DNA from: Candidatus Heimdallarchaeota archaeon
GTDB taxonomy: Archaea; Asgardarchaeota; Wukongarchaeia; Wukongarchaeales; JBHIFL01
Length of the DNA: 64,000 nucleotides
Direction: 5' to 3'
NCBI GenBank assembly: GCA_046761065.1
Contig: JBHIFL010000004.1
Coordinates: 15,687-79,686 of the forward strand
Shown here: positions 29,755 to 39,311 of the stretch, piece by piece
Position numbering within the stretch: position 1 is the stretch's first letter
How the letters are laid out: each line of letters opens with the position of its first letter
Translations under genes and position numbers: made by a program
The notes under the pieces: generated by a model
The model's input: the letters and a program-made list of their open reading frames with translations, nothing else
Told to the model about the DNA's origin: nothing
Database searches by the model: none

Positions 29755-30864
29755 ATGTCCCAAGCCCACTGGCTAGGAGAAAAAATACTTTTCTGTGGTC
29801 TGTCCGAGGCAGGTAAGACCGCTATTCGCAGCCTAGTGTTTTCAGGGAAACAAACCCAAGAAGTTGAAGGTTTATCGGCGACTATTAATTATGTTCGACA
29901 ACTTGTACATTTAGATTCACATAATTTAGATTCAGATAGAACGTTCACAATCCTCGACCTTGGAGGGCAGAAAATATTCTTGGAGCGGTTCATTAATCAA
30001 TTCAGTACATTTGTTTTTAATCGAGTACGCGCCTTAATTTATGTAGTCGACAGCGCAGATAGTTCACGGTTGGATTCTGCAAAAGCATATTTAGACAGCG
30101 CCCTAGCACGCTTGAAACAGCACAGTCCCTCTGCAAAAACGGTTGTGCTACTCCACAAGACGGATCTTCTTCAGAATGTACATGATAAAAGAAAAATCAT
30201 TAATCGTTTACGGAATGTCTTTCAAAGGGGTATAGAATCGCCAATTATCTTCTTTGAGACGTCAATATATGACAACAGCTTAAAAGATGCGTTTGACGAG
30301 ATCTTGAGGATATCCTTTCCCGAAATGGTTCCCATTCCACCTGTGGAGCGTGGAGGGTTGGTTTCTCCAGAGAGAGAATCGATTCCAATGGAACCCACAA
30401 CGCCCATTAAAAGGCCAACGACGGATCCGAGTCTTCCAAGTGAAGCAAAAATTCGGTCAGAAATTGGGTTACCCACTGAAGAAACGTATGATACCTTCAC
30501 CGCAGTAGAACAATTAATTGAATATCTTGAAGCATTAGTGATTTCTCTGGAATTGTCATATGGTGCCCTTTTAGAAGCGAATGGAACCCCATTAGTCGAG
30601 ATTGGGGACTCTCATCGATACTTAGAGATTGTAAGGGAGAGTTATGAGGCATTTCAGTTGAAATCGATCAAAACTTCTGAATCAGTTGATCCTTGGGTTG
30701 TAGAAACAGGAGACATGCTTATCGTGGCTCAGCCAATCAAAGCTTCACGGACTTTGCTGCTAGTATGCGTTACTTCCATCAAAAATCAGTTGCTTGAGAA
30801 AATGCCTGAACTTAGGATAAAAATGACAGAGCTAGTACACAAAGCTCTTGGGGATCCAAGCTGA
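29755..30864 (+). CDS. Rag/Gtr1-like GTPase with Pro-rich linker and roadblock-like C-terminus
   Basis: GLSEAGKT, ATINY, DLGGQ, LHKTDL, ETSIYD. Confidence 0.9.
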   Translation: MSQAHWLGEKILFCGLSEAGKTAIRSLVFSGKQTQEVEGLSATINYVRQLVHLDSHNLDSDRTFTILDLGGQKIFLERFINQFSTFVFNRVRALIYVVDSADSSRLDSAKAYLDSALARLKQHSPSAKTVVLLHKTDLLQNVHDKRKIINRLRNVFQRGIESPIIFFETSIYDNSLKDAFDEILRISFPEMVPIPPVERGGLVSPERESIPMEPTTPIKRPTTDPSLPSEAKIRSEIGLPTEETYDTFTAVEQLIEYLEALVISLELSYGALLEANGTPLVEIGDSHRYLEIVRESYEAFQLKSIKTSESVDPWVVETGDMLIVAQPIKASRTLLLVCVTSIKNQLLEKMPELRIKMTELVHKALGDPS

Positions 30865-30967
30865 AACGAAAGTGGATCGATTGCGTAGGATCTGCATCGT
30901 TGTGTAGACAGCAGGTGTAATGCGTTTATAACCCCATAGCAGCTAAGATTATCTGGGTGCTCATTTG

Positions 30968-32245
30968 TTATGCTAATTTAACCTCAAACCGACCGCTTTC
31001 TATATCACCGCTCAGGACGACTACACCCTCCTCCTCTAGTTCCCTAAGTACACCCCTGATCATGGCAGTACTCACCTGGAGTCGTGAGGCGATTGTAATC
31101 GCTGATGCGGTAACCATTTCCTCAATTATTTTTCGGACCTTATCTTTTATTGTGCCAGCAGCAGGGGTGGGAGTTACAACAGAAGTGACAGGAGGGCTGG
31201 GAGCAGGTTCAGGTATAGAAGTAGGTTGAGTTGCAGGCGGAACGTGTGCCATTTTTGAGATAACGTCCTCTAAAACTTTAAACCGCTTAATGATTTCGTT
31301 CATATCGATCGATGGAGTGGCCGGTGTTGCAGCCTTAAGAACCCCAAGGGATTCCTCGATCTCAGCTAGTTTTCCACTGAGAACCGCTATTTTATTTTCT
31401 ATCTCCCCCTGTCCGGCTTCGAGCTGATCGAGTCGGGTTGTGTCGGCAGGTACAAGAGCTCCAAGTCCTTCCAACCGTTGGTGGAGCTCCTGATGACCCT
31501 TCCTCAAGCTTGTCAAGGTCTGATCGAAATCAGCTAATTTCTTCTCGATTTGATTCAACTGTGCAGTCTCAGTGACTGCGGGAGCGGTCGGTGTTGCGGT
31601 CTTGAGGGCTCCTAAGGTTTCTTCGATCTCCACGAGTTTTCCACGGAGAATGGTCAGTTTGTTTTCCATCGCTCCTTGCTCTGCTTCGAGCTGATCGAGT
31701 CGGGTTGTGTCGGCAGGTGTGGAAGGTCCAATTTCCTCTAGTTGTTGGTGAATCCCCTTCAGGCCCTCTCTCAAGTCTGCCAGGGTCTGATCAAAATCAT
31801 CGTATTTCTGCTCTACTTGACTCAATCGCTTGGTTCCCGACTCAAGCTTCCCATCAAGTTCCTTAAGTTTTTCTGGGGCGATTCCTTCGGGTCTTTGTTG
31901 GAGTTCCTGTAATTCCTTGCGTAGGGCTGTCAACATCTGATCGACTGCTTCAAACTTTTGCTCAATCTGGTTCAACCGGTCGATTTCTGAGTTGATCTTT
32001 GTATCCAGTCCCTTCAGCTTTTCCGGGTCAAATCCTTCTGGAACCAGTTGTTCTTTTCTTTTGGTTAAATCAACTGCCGCATTAACTGCCTCTGCTAATT
32101 TTTGCAATTGGTTATTTTGTTTTTTGAGGTTTGCTTCTTGGTTCTTCACATCTTTTACAAGATCACCCACTTTTTTCTTTAGATCCATGACTACAACTTT
32201 TATGGCTTTTATCGACCTATCAAGCTTCTTAGTATCCTCAGGCAA
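30968..32245 (-). CDS. Long coiled-coil protein with internal duplications and C-terminal wHTH
   Basis: Heptad repeats, duplicated PADTTRLDQLEA...GKL.EIEE.LG.LK.ATP, and terminal IASRLQVSTAMIRGVLRELEEEGVV. Confidence 0.85.
   Translation of the reverse strand: MPEDTKKLDRSIKAIKVVVMDLKKKVGDLVKDVKNQEANLKKQNNQLQKLAEAVNAAVDLTKRKEQLVPEGFDPEKLKGLDTKINSEIDRLNQIEQKFEAVDQMLTALRKELQELQQRPEGIAPEKLKELDGKLESGTKRLSQVEQKYDDFDQTLADLREGLKGIHQQLEEIGPSTPADTTRLDQLEAEQGAMENKLTILRGKLVEIEETLGALKTATPTAPAVTETAQLNQIEKKLADFDQTLTSLRKGHQELHQRLEGLGALVPADTTRLDQLEAGQGEIENKIAVLSGKLAEIEESLGVLKAATPATPSIDMNEIIKRFKVLEDVISKMAHVPPATQPTSIPEPAPSPPVTSVVTPTPAAGTIKDKVRKIIEEMVTASAITIASRLQVSTAMIRGVLRELEEEGVVVLSGDIESGRFEVKLA
31416..31718. 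repeat. Intragenic direct repeat, 36 bp identical, 267-bp period
   Basis: GCTTCGAGCTGATCGAGTCGGGTTGTGTCGGCAGGT at 31416-31451 and 31683-31718. Confidence 0.9.
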
Positions 32246-32702
32246 TAATGATACCTCTCTTACAATAGACTAAAGGCCAGTCTTGTTCATGAGCTTGTTC
32301 ATTTATACAAGATAGACAGTCTTATGTAAATCTATTCTTCAATAAAAGTTCTTCCTATCAGAACTAGAAAGCTAGGAGGGATTTTAGATCGTCTATTAAA
32401 ATAAGTTAGAAATATTTGTAATATTTGAAGCGTAATAAATGTTTTATCTTGGTTTTAAATTTCTGCTATAAAATTATTAATGGTTTTAATAGTTTCTAGC
32501 CTTACTAAAGTATTGCTAAGGGAGTTGTGAGTTATGACACGATCAAACTTGATGTTCTAGATAGATGATTAGCTTCACCATTATTCAGAAAAATAAAACT
32601 GTACACGCATACGGATTGATAATAGGGATACCATTTTCTTCCTGCTCTAAAAAATTACGGTGTATTCTATTAAGATTAATTCACAAAATGTCTGGTTTTA
32701 TT

Positions 32703-33314
32703 TCACTGGAATGATCGTTCCTTCCAAGTTATCAACAATTTCAGCAATACTTCCTTATCGCCCGAACCTACCTGCCATATTCTGGCTTCCTTTGCAATCT
32801 CCGCGCACACCACACCAGAAACGCCCTTGATATAGAGGACATCCCGTAGCGTATTCAATGCGTTGGTAATAACTGCAGGTTCATCGGTAGTTTTTATTAA
32901 GTGTTTGTAGTACTCAAAGAGTGTTGACACATTTCCTATCTTCGCCCATTGCCTGATTGAAGTTTCCATGGCTTTCATGGCCGTTAATTGGAAGACATTA
33001 GGGGCGGCTTCGATAACAAGCCCATCCGAGTTTAATGCGACTATGGCTTCATAAACCTCCTCTGGGGTCAAGGATGCCGCGGTTTCAATAGCACTCGGGT
33101 CAGCTGCGCCTCCCAACCGCCCTAAGGCGACGATTACTTTTACTTCTACGGGTCCCTCTTCTAAGAGAAGGGTTTCCACTTCTTTAATACTCTGAATCAT
33201 TTTGGTTGACAGGTTTTCATGTGATTTCGTCTCGATGAACACTTTAGTCAGCGAAATAGCAAGTTTCTCTAGAAAGTGCTGTAGGGATGTTTTATCCAAG
33301 CACGACACACTCAC
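32703..33314 (-). CDS. Hypothetical protein with central wHTH
   Basis: VIVALGRLGG...IETAASLTPEEVYEAIVALNSDGLV. Confidence 0.7.
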   Translation of the reverse strand: MSVSCLDKTSLQHFLEKLAISLTKVFIETKSHENLSTKMIQSIKEVETLLLEEGPVEVKVIVALGRLGGAADPSAIETAASLTPEEVYEAIVALNSDGLVIEAAPNVFQLTAMKAMETSIRQWAKIGNVSTLFEYYKHLIKTTDEPAVITNALNTLRDVLYIKGVSGVVCAEIAKEARIWQVGSGDKEVLLKLLITWKERSFQ

Positions 33315-33853
33315 TTCATCCTATGGTTGAAGAGGTCCAATGTATTTTTGAATTTTCTGATTCAAATATACCCAAATTTCTTTCCTACAAGACCATACTT
33401 TTCCGTTCTTTGGACTAGTTCATGGAAACGTCCCCCACATAATAGGTTTGCGTTCTACGGTCATGGTGGATGCAACATTATCTTCTTTATACACCATTTA
33501 TATACCAAACATAGCTTGAGGACTCAATTCTTTCACACATATAATTCTATTGAGTTCTTCTTCCACTGGTGAGTTCCCTAACTTCAGATCATCCATTGTT
33601 ATCCGTGTTGTAACCAATCAAACGGACAGTTTGCCTCCCCCAATATACAAAACTGCCCAATAACAGTTATTGTGGGATTATTATTCGAAAATGAATGTGA
33701 TTTAATAGTTCAACAAAAACTTCACAAAACTAAATGTTTTTGCAAAACGTGTATGTAGTATATAGTGAATTTAATCGTCAATTTAAATAGGCATAAATAA
33801 TTCCTCCACACGGAATTTATTGAGAGGGCACATAATATCGGTTTGGCGAACGT

Positions 33854-35416
33854 TTGATGTCTGAATATGTTCAATTACCTGAAAGAAGTTTGTTAGGGAA
33901 AAAGATAGTACTTTGTGGACTTAGTGAGGCAGGGAAGACATCAATCCGCGACGTGGTGTTTGGAGGAAAAGAAGCAACAGAGGTAGAGGGCTACGGGGCT
34001 ACGCTAAATTACGTTAGACAATTCATTTCCTTAGAGGGAGAAGGAGGATACAAATTCACCTTAATGGACCTCGGAGGACAGCGTATTTTCTTAGACAGGT
34101 TCATTACGAAATTTTCGCCATTTGTCTTCCACAATGTTGTTGCACTCATCTATGTAGTGGATGTGGCGGATTCTGATCGGTTTAATTCAGCGAAACATTA
34201 CTTTGATGCGGCTTTGGAACGATTACAGAAGTATAGCCCAAAATCACATGTTTTTGTTTTGATCCACAAGATGGATTTAGTTGAAAAGAATCCTGATTAT
34301 AAAGAAAAAATAACGGACCATTTACGAAGTCTTTTCGAAAAAGATATTGACCGAAAAATCATCTTTTTTGAAACGACTATCTATAATGAAACTATAAAAA
34401 ACGCCCTCTACGAAATCCTGAAGATCTCATTTCCCGAAATCCCGACTAAGACCACTCAGCCTCCAAGGGAAATACCTTCGGAAGTGGCTCAACAGAAAAC
34501 GGTAAGTGAAGCGGCTTCTTTCTCGATTGAGACCCCACAGCCTATTGGCACAAAACCCCAGGTCGATATCGAAGCTGCTCCAAGTCCTGCTGTAGAAGTG
34601 AATCTTTCGGAGATCGCGAGGGCTCTTGCCTTTATTGAACAGCCATTCAAAATACCGTACACAAGTGAACAAGAGGTTGGGGCAGCGATACCAGTTTCTT
34701 CGCAATCTGCCATAACGGAAGAACTTCCTGACGAATATGAGAATATAGTAAAGGCCCTTCAATTTATCGAGACAGGAGTACCCTCTTTAGAAGATAACTT
34801 CATACCAAAAACACAGTTGGAAGAATCCAAAAAGGTACCTGAGCTGCCCGTTGAAGAATTAAGAGAACCCAGTGAAGATATCACGTCTATTGAGATTGCC
34901 ATCAATGATATCTTATCTGAAGATGAAATTAAAGAATTGATACCCGATCTTGAGGAGCCCACTCCGTCTCAAGCAGCCCCAGAGAACATTATTTTTCCAA
35001 AAACGGCCTTTGAATCACATTCGACTTTAGATGAAGAATTTGATGTATTTATTGCGGCAGAGGAAATTGTGAGATTCTTAGATGAAACAAGAATGTTATT
35101 TAACCTTTTTTATCTTGCGGTTAAACTAAGTGACGCAGAAAACCTCGTTCATGTTGGAGACTTTGAGAAATACGATGAACTAGCCTGTACCACGTTTGAA
35201 ATCTTTCAGATGCAAACCGAATCAGATCCAACCGAGCTCACACGCTTCATAATGAGAGCAGAAAAGTCATTTATACTTATTGAACCGATTGGAGACGCCC
35301 TAAATATGCTTGTTATAGGGCCATTAGTCTCTAAATCCATTTTTCTTTCAAAATTGCTCGAATTTAAGGAAAAAATGACCAGAATGCTTAATATAACATT
35401 TTATGACATGTTTTAA
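33854..35416 (+). CDS. Rag/Gtr1-like GTPase with long acidic linker and roadblock-like C-terminus
   Basis: GLSEAGKT, ATLNY, DLGGQ, IHKMDL, ETTIYN. Close paralogue of 29755. Confidence 0.9.
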   Translation: MMSEYVQLPERSLLGKKIVLCGLSEAGKTSIRDVVFGGKEATEVEGYGATLNYVRQFISLEGEGGYKFTLMDLGGQRIFLDRFITKFSPFVFHNVVALIYVVDVADSDRFNSAKHYFDAALERLQKYSPKSHVFVLIHKMDLVEKNPDYKEKITDHLRSLFEKDIDRKIIFFETTIYNETIKNALYEILKISFPEIPTKTTQPPREIPSEVAQQKTVSEAASFSIETPQPIGTKPQVDIEAAPSPAVEVNLSEIARALAFIEQPFKIPYTSEQEVGAAIPVSSQSAITEELPDEYENIVKALQFIETGVPSLEDNFIPKTQLEESKKVPELPVEELREPSEDITSIEIAINDILSEDEIKELIPDLEEPTPSQAAPENIIFPKTAFESHSTLDEEFDVFIAAEEIVRFLDETRMLFNLFYLAVKLSDAENLVHVGDFEKYDELACTTFEIFQMQTESDPTELTRFIMRAEKSFILIEPIGDALNMLVIGPLVSKSIFLSKLLEFKEKMTRMLNITFYDMF

Positions 35417-35539
35417 AGAGAACATTCATTTATTGCATTAGAAAGTTTACCTGATAAGTAATAAATACTATTGAGAATTTGTTTATAGCGATGTAACTCT
35501 TGCCAAGGACTAAATAGGTTAGCATGGAGTGCATCTAAG

Positions 35540-36448
35540 ATGAGTTCAGCTGAAGAGGAGATTTTAAGTCGAAAGAAACTATTGATGATGGGCTTAAGTG
35601 AGGCAGGTAAGACAACCATTCGTAGGGTTGTAATTTCCGGAAATCCTCCTGAAGAGCTCAAAAAATATGACGCAACCCTCGATTTCGAGCGGGATACGAA
35701 AAAAATAGCCGGAGAAAGCCTTACAATACTCGATATAGGTGGTCAGGAATCCTTTTTAGAGAAATACACCGGAGAAATGGCGGAATTTGCATTTTCAGGC
35801 GTGGCCTCACTTATCTATGTAGTTGATATTGCGGACTTATCGAAATTGCCACGTTCCAAGTATTATCTGGACGCTGCACTTTCCAAACTAGAACAATTCA
35901 GCCCAGACGCCCAGGTTTTTTGTTTCATCCATAAAAAAGATCTAATCAATGCAGAAAGTCTCCAATCAACCTTGGATATGGTAAAATCCATGATGAAAGC
36001 CAATATTCCGAAAGAGATAAAATTCTATAGCACTTCCATCTATGACGGATCGGTCTTTGCAGCGATGAGTGAAGCCGTTGCGGGGTTCTTCCGGAAAAAG
36101 GAAGAAATTATTGCCAGTTTGAAAAGGTTTGCTGACAAATATGAGACCGTGCGCATTAGCGTGTATAGTAGAGAAGGTATACCCATAACAACTTTAGGAA
36201 AAGACTCCAATGTTTGGCAAGTTAACGAGAAAATGCTATTTAGTTCAATGTTTAGGATCTTGAATTTGATTGAAAGTACTGAAACGTTAGTCTCAAACTT
36301 TATTATAGGGCGGACTCATTATATTTTTCAGGTTGTGGTGGACGAAAACACCCTTTTAAGTGCTGCGACAACCAAGACACCAGCTCTTGAACAAGTTCTT
36401 GCGGATGTGTATGCAATGAGAGACGATGTTAAATTGATAGTACAATAG
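35540..36448 (+). CDS. Rag/Gtr1-like GTPase with C-terminal roadblock domain
   Basis: RKKLLMMGLSEAGKT, ATLDF, DIGGQESF, IHKKDL, TSIYD, then ISVYSREGIPI. Paralogue of 21263. Confidence 0.92.
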   Translation: MSSAEEEILSRKKLLMMGLSEAGKTTIRRVVISGNPPEELKKYDATLDFERDTKKIAGESLTILDIGGQESFLEKYTGEMAEFAFSGVASLIYVVDIADLSKLPRSKYYLDAALSKLEQFSPDAQVFCFIHKKDLINAESLQSTLDMVKSMMKANIPKEIKFYSTSIYDGSVFAAMSEAVAGFFRKKEEIIASLKRFADKYETVRISVYSREGIPITTLGKDSNVWQVNEKMLFSSMFRILNLIESTETLVSNFIIGRTHYIFQVVVDENTLLSAATTKTPALEQVLADVYAMRDDVKLIVQ

Positions 36449-36872
36449 AGTAATACCGGATTTAAATTGTCTTTAAAATGTTTGTATGTTCGAGAACCCT
36501 TTTTATTTGGTCTCTACTTGATTTATTCGAACCGTTTTTGGATATTCCTCCAAACGATTTAGTCTTGGAGCTTTGCATGGGAATTACCCACAATAGAAGA
36601 ATGAAAGATGTATGAACTAGGATCCATTCTCACTTCTCTGTATTTGAGCGCTTAAGAGGTGCTTAAGAAAAGAAGGTATAAGGAGCTGTTACCCCATTCT
36701 ACGAGACATGGGTCTAATATTTCATTAGAATTAAAAAATGCAAAGTGAGAAGGGAAACAACTCCAAGGAAAACCAAGAGAAAGTTCAAAGGAATGCTCCC
36801 ACTATCTAGGACATACCTTTCAAAAACCGAAAAAACTTAAAATTTTAAGCTTGTGAACTAACAAGAATTGAA

Positions 36873-37280
36873 ATGTCAATGAACAAGGTGTGGAGTCAAT
36901 CCGCCAAAGATCTGCTTTATGGCCTTTTCCAAAGTGAACCCGAGATTCATGGCATTGGCCTTTACAATGCCTTGGGAAAATTGGAGCTAATGTTCCATCG
37001 AACTGAATTTGCCAAAGATGCATTGAGTAAAGCTGTAGGGAGTGTGATTGCTAAGTTTGGGAGGCAGATTGTCTTCTATTGTCACGAAGAAGGTGATTTA
37101 GGTTATATTCAGACACCAACCCATCTCGTGTGGTTTGAACCAGTGTCCACCAACTGGATTCTTGCATATATGCTTCCTCTTGGCGGAAAAGCCATGTTCT
37201 TAATTGAAAATTTGAAAAACACATCACAATCGTTACGCTACCTACTTGAAAAGAGTAGAAGATTTCTTAATAAGCTTTAA
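36873..37280 (+). CDS. Standalone roadblock-like protein
   Basis: Helix, then EIHGIGLYNALG, helix, GYIQTPTHLVWFEPV...WILAY strands, helix; 135 aa. Confidence 0.55.
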   Translation: MSMNKVWSQSAKDLLYGLFQSEPEIHGIGLYNALGKLELMFHRTEFAKDALSKAVGSVIAKFGRQIVFYCHEEGDLGYIQTPTHLVWFEPVSTNWILAYMLPLGGKAMFLIENLKNTSQSLRYLLEKSRRFLNKL

Positions 37281-37300
37281 AAAAGGCAGTACCTTGAGGA

Positions 37301-37561
37301 ATGGGAATATTGGTGCAATCTTGGTATTTACTCGTCGTTTCAGTGGTTATTTCGGCCGTATCAATGATTGCGTTTTTGGTTTGGGGCTTTCCATTTTTGT
37401 TTTTCTTCTTGTTTCTGCCTCCCATTATTTTTAGGAAACAAAAAAAATCCCCTTTCCCCCCACAAGCTACCCCCCAATATTGTCCGAATTGTGGGTACAG
37501 GCTTCAGGGATTCGAGTTCCACTGCCCAATTTGCGGTTATTCGCTTCGTTCGCATATATGA
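37301..37561 (+). CDS. Small membrane protein with C-terminal double-CxxC zinc ribbon
   Basis: Two hydrophobic segments, then CPNCG...CPICG. Confidence 0.8.
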   Translation: MGILVQSWYLLVVSVVISAVSMIAFLVWGFPFLFFFLFLPPIIFRKQKKSPFPPQATPQYCPNCGYRLQGFEFHCPICGYSLRSHI

Positions 37562-37988
37562 ACCCCTAGAAGGGAATTATGTTAACTCTATCAATGTAAG
37601 TTCTTATACCATTTCTCAGCACTGAGTGAATGATCAATAAATCCAAGCGATTTTTGTTTTCCTCGACAGGGCTAGAAGTAGCACTTACCTGACTTCACAA
37701 TACTTTATCAACGTTCATGAAATAATTCGGGTTTTTAAAAGACAAAGCGATCTGGTTGTTACTTCAATCAATGATTATCAAAGGACATTCTAGGAGAACA
37801 TACATGAAGTGAACTGATGTAAAAATTGGGCTGCTTAAGTTTATAAACAACCAACTACAGAGAGAAATACAAGTATACACCTGGTTTATAGATTTTTACT
37901 TCAATAGAACCTTGTCTAAGTTTAAACTGCTTTTACAGAGATATCACAAAGGCATGGTATCGCTGGAGGCAAACTTAATATATGTACA

Positions 37989-39275
37989 ATGGGAAGCGTG
38001 AATCTGGGATCGATCTTGTCATTCTTCAAACGCCTCTTGAAAAGAGAACCGAATATCGAAAAACTTGAGGAGTCAGGCAAAGAACTGCTAGCTCTTAGCG
38101 ACTATGAGGAAGCTGGAGATCGTTTTGCGCAGGCAGCCGAAGCGGCGCTCAAGCAAAAACGAACCGATCGAGCTATTGAAGATTTCCAAGCAGCTGGGCG
38201 GATATATAGAAATGTAAATCATTGGAAAGCGGCCAGATGTTTTCTTCGAGCCGCTCAGATGTATACCGAGATTGAAAATTATGAAGATGCTTTTAAAAAC
38301 TATGAAGCGAGTTATCGACTTTTCGAAAGGCTAAAAAAAACTCGCGAGGCAGCAAACGCTATAAGTTGGATGATCCTCACGCAACTGGCATTAGCTAGGA
38401 TCGATAATGCTACTTCCATTGCACATGGAAAGACTTTGAACGATAAAGATATCCCTAGGATTGCTAAAGCTTTAGTAAAGTTGGTGAATGGTTATTCAGT
38501 CAAAATTCCTCGAAAGAAAAGCCTTGAGGGGCAAAAGACGATTAAAGCAGCTATTCAAAATGCCCAAACCTATGCGGCGTTGAAAGCCCGATTGAGTACT
38601 AAAGTTGATGATACGGTTGTTGGGAAGAACATAGATGTATTTATTCACTTTCAGACCAAAAAACGCGTTATTGTAACCTCGTTGAACCTTCACGTTACAA
38701 ATCATGCCAAACAGATTTCAGAAATTACCCCCAATCCCCCATTTCAAGTTAAAGGTAGCAAAACAGTCAAGATAACACTGGTATTGACCCTGGCGGGAGA
38801 ATTAACAGTCGGTCCTTTGAGTTTTGATTTTGAAAGCGATGAACATCAATTTTCTAAAACAGCAAAGCCCATCAAGGTTCGGGTGAGACCAGCAAAGGGT
38901 CATGTGACCTTGGAATTCGAACAACACACGGTTTACCTTAAAGATGACCATGCCTTTGCTGAAGGTGTGGTGTCATTTACTAATACCTCCCAAGGGCTGG
39001 TAGAAAAGATCGATATCGAACTCCATCCCCCCTCCCAAATCATCTTGGTAGGAACATCGCCCAAAAAAACCATCAACATGCTTCCGCCAGGGAGATCTGT
39101 GAATTTTCCAGTGATTTTGAAATCCAAACACAGAAAACAACAATACATAGAAATAAGATATCAAGTTGATCAATCACCTTGTAAATCTGAAAAAATTAGT
39201 GTGGATTTTGAAATCGAAGAACAACTGGAGCCGGAGGAGGACACAGATTGGCTAAAAGATTTGGAGACCAGCTAG
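37989..39275 (+). CDS. Alpha-SNAP-like helical repeats plus two Ig-like domains
   Basis: DYEEAGDRFAQAA...AIEDFQAAGRIY...KAARCFLRAAQMY...DAFKNYEASY, followed by beta-rich GELTVGPL and FTNTS...LPPGRS domains. Confidence 0.75.
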   Translation: MGSVNLGSILSFFKRLLKREPNIEKLEESGKELLALSDYEEAGDRFAQAAEAALKQKRTDRAIEDFQAAGRIYRNVNHWKAARCFLRAAQMYTEIENYEDAFKNYEASYRLFERLKKTREAANAISWMILTQLALARIDNATSIAHGKTLNDKDIPRIAKALVKLVNGYSVKIPRKKSLEGQKTIKAAIQNAQTYAALKARLSTKVDDTVVGKNIDVFIHFQTKKRVIVTSLNLHVTNHAKQISEITPNPPFQVKGSKTVKITLVLTLAGELTVGPLSFDFESDEHQFSKTAKPIKVRVRPAKGHVTLEFEQHTVYLKDDHAFAEGVVSFTNTSQGLVEKIDIELHPPSQIILVGTSPKKTINMLPPGRSVNFPVILKSKHRKQQYIEIRYQVDQSPCKSEKISVDFEIEEQLEPEEDTDWLKDLETS

Positions 39276-39311
39276 TAGTTATTTTGCTAAGTCAGTAATT
39301 CTCAGACTACC

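Noticed and set aside
33315-33596. In-frame upstream extension of the 32703 gene (MDDLKLG...EEELNRII...)
   Set aside because: Contains three different stops (TAA, TGA, TAG) in 94 codons, compatible with non-coding sequence; no evidence of recoding.
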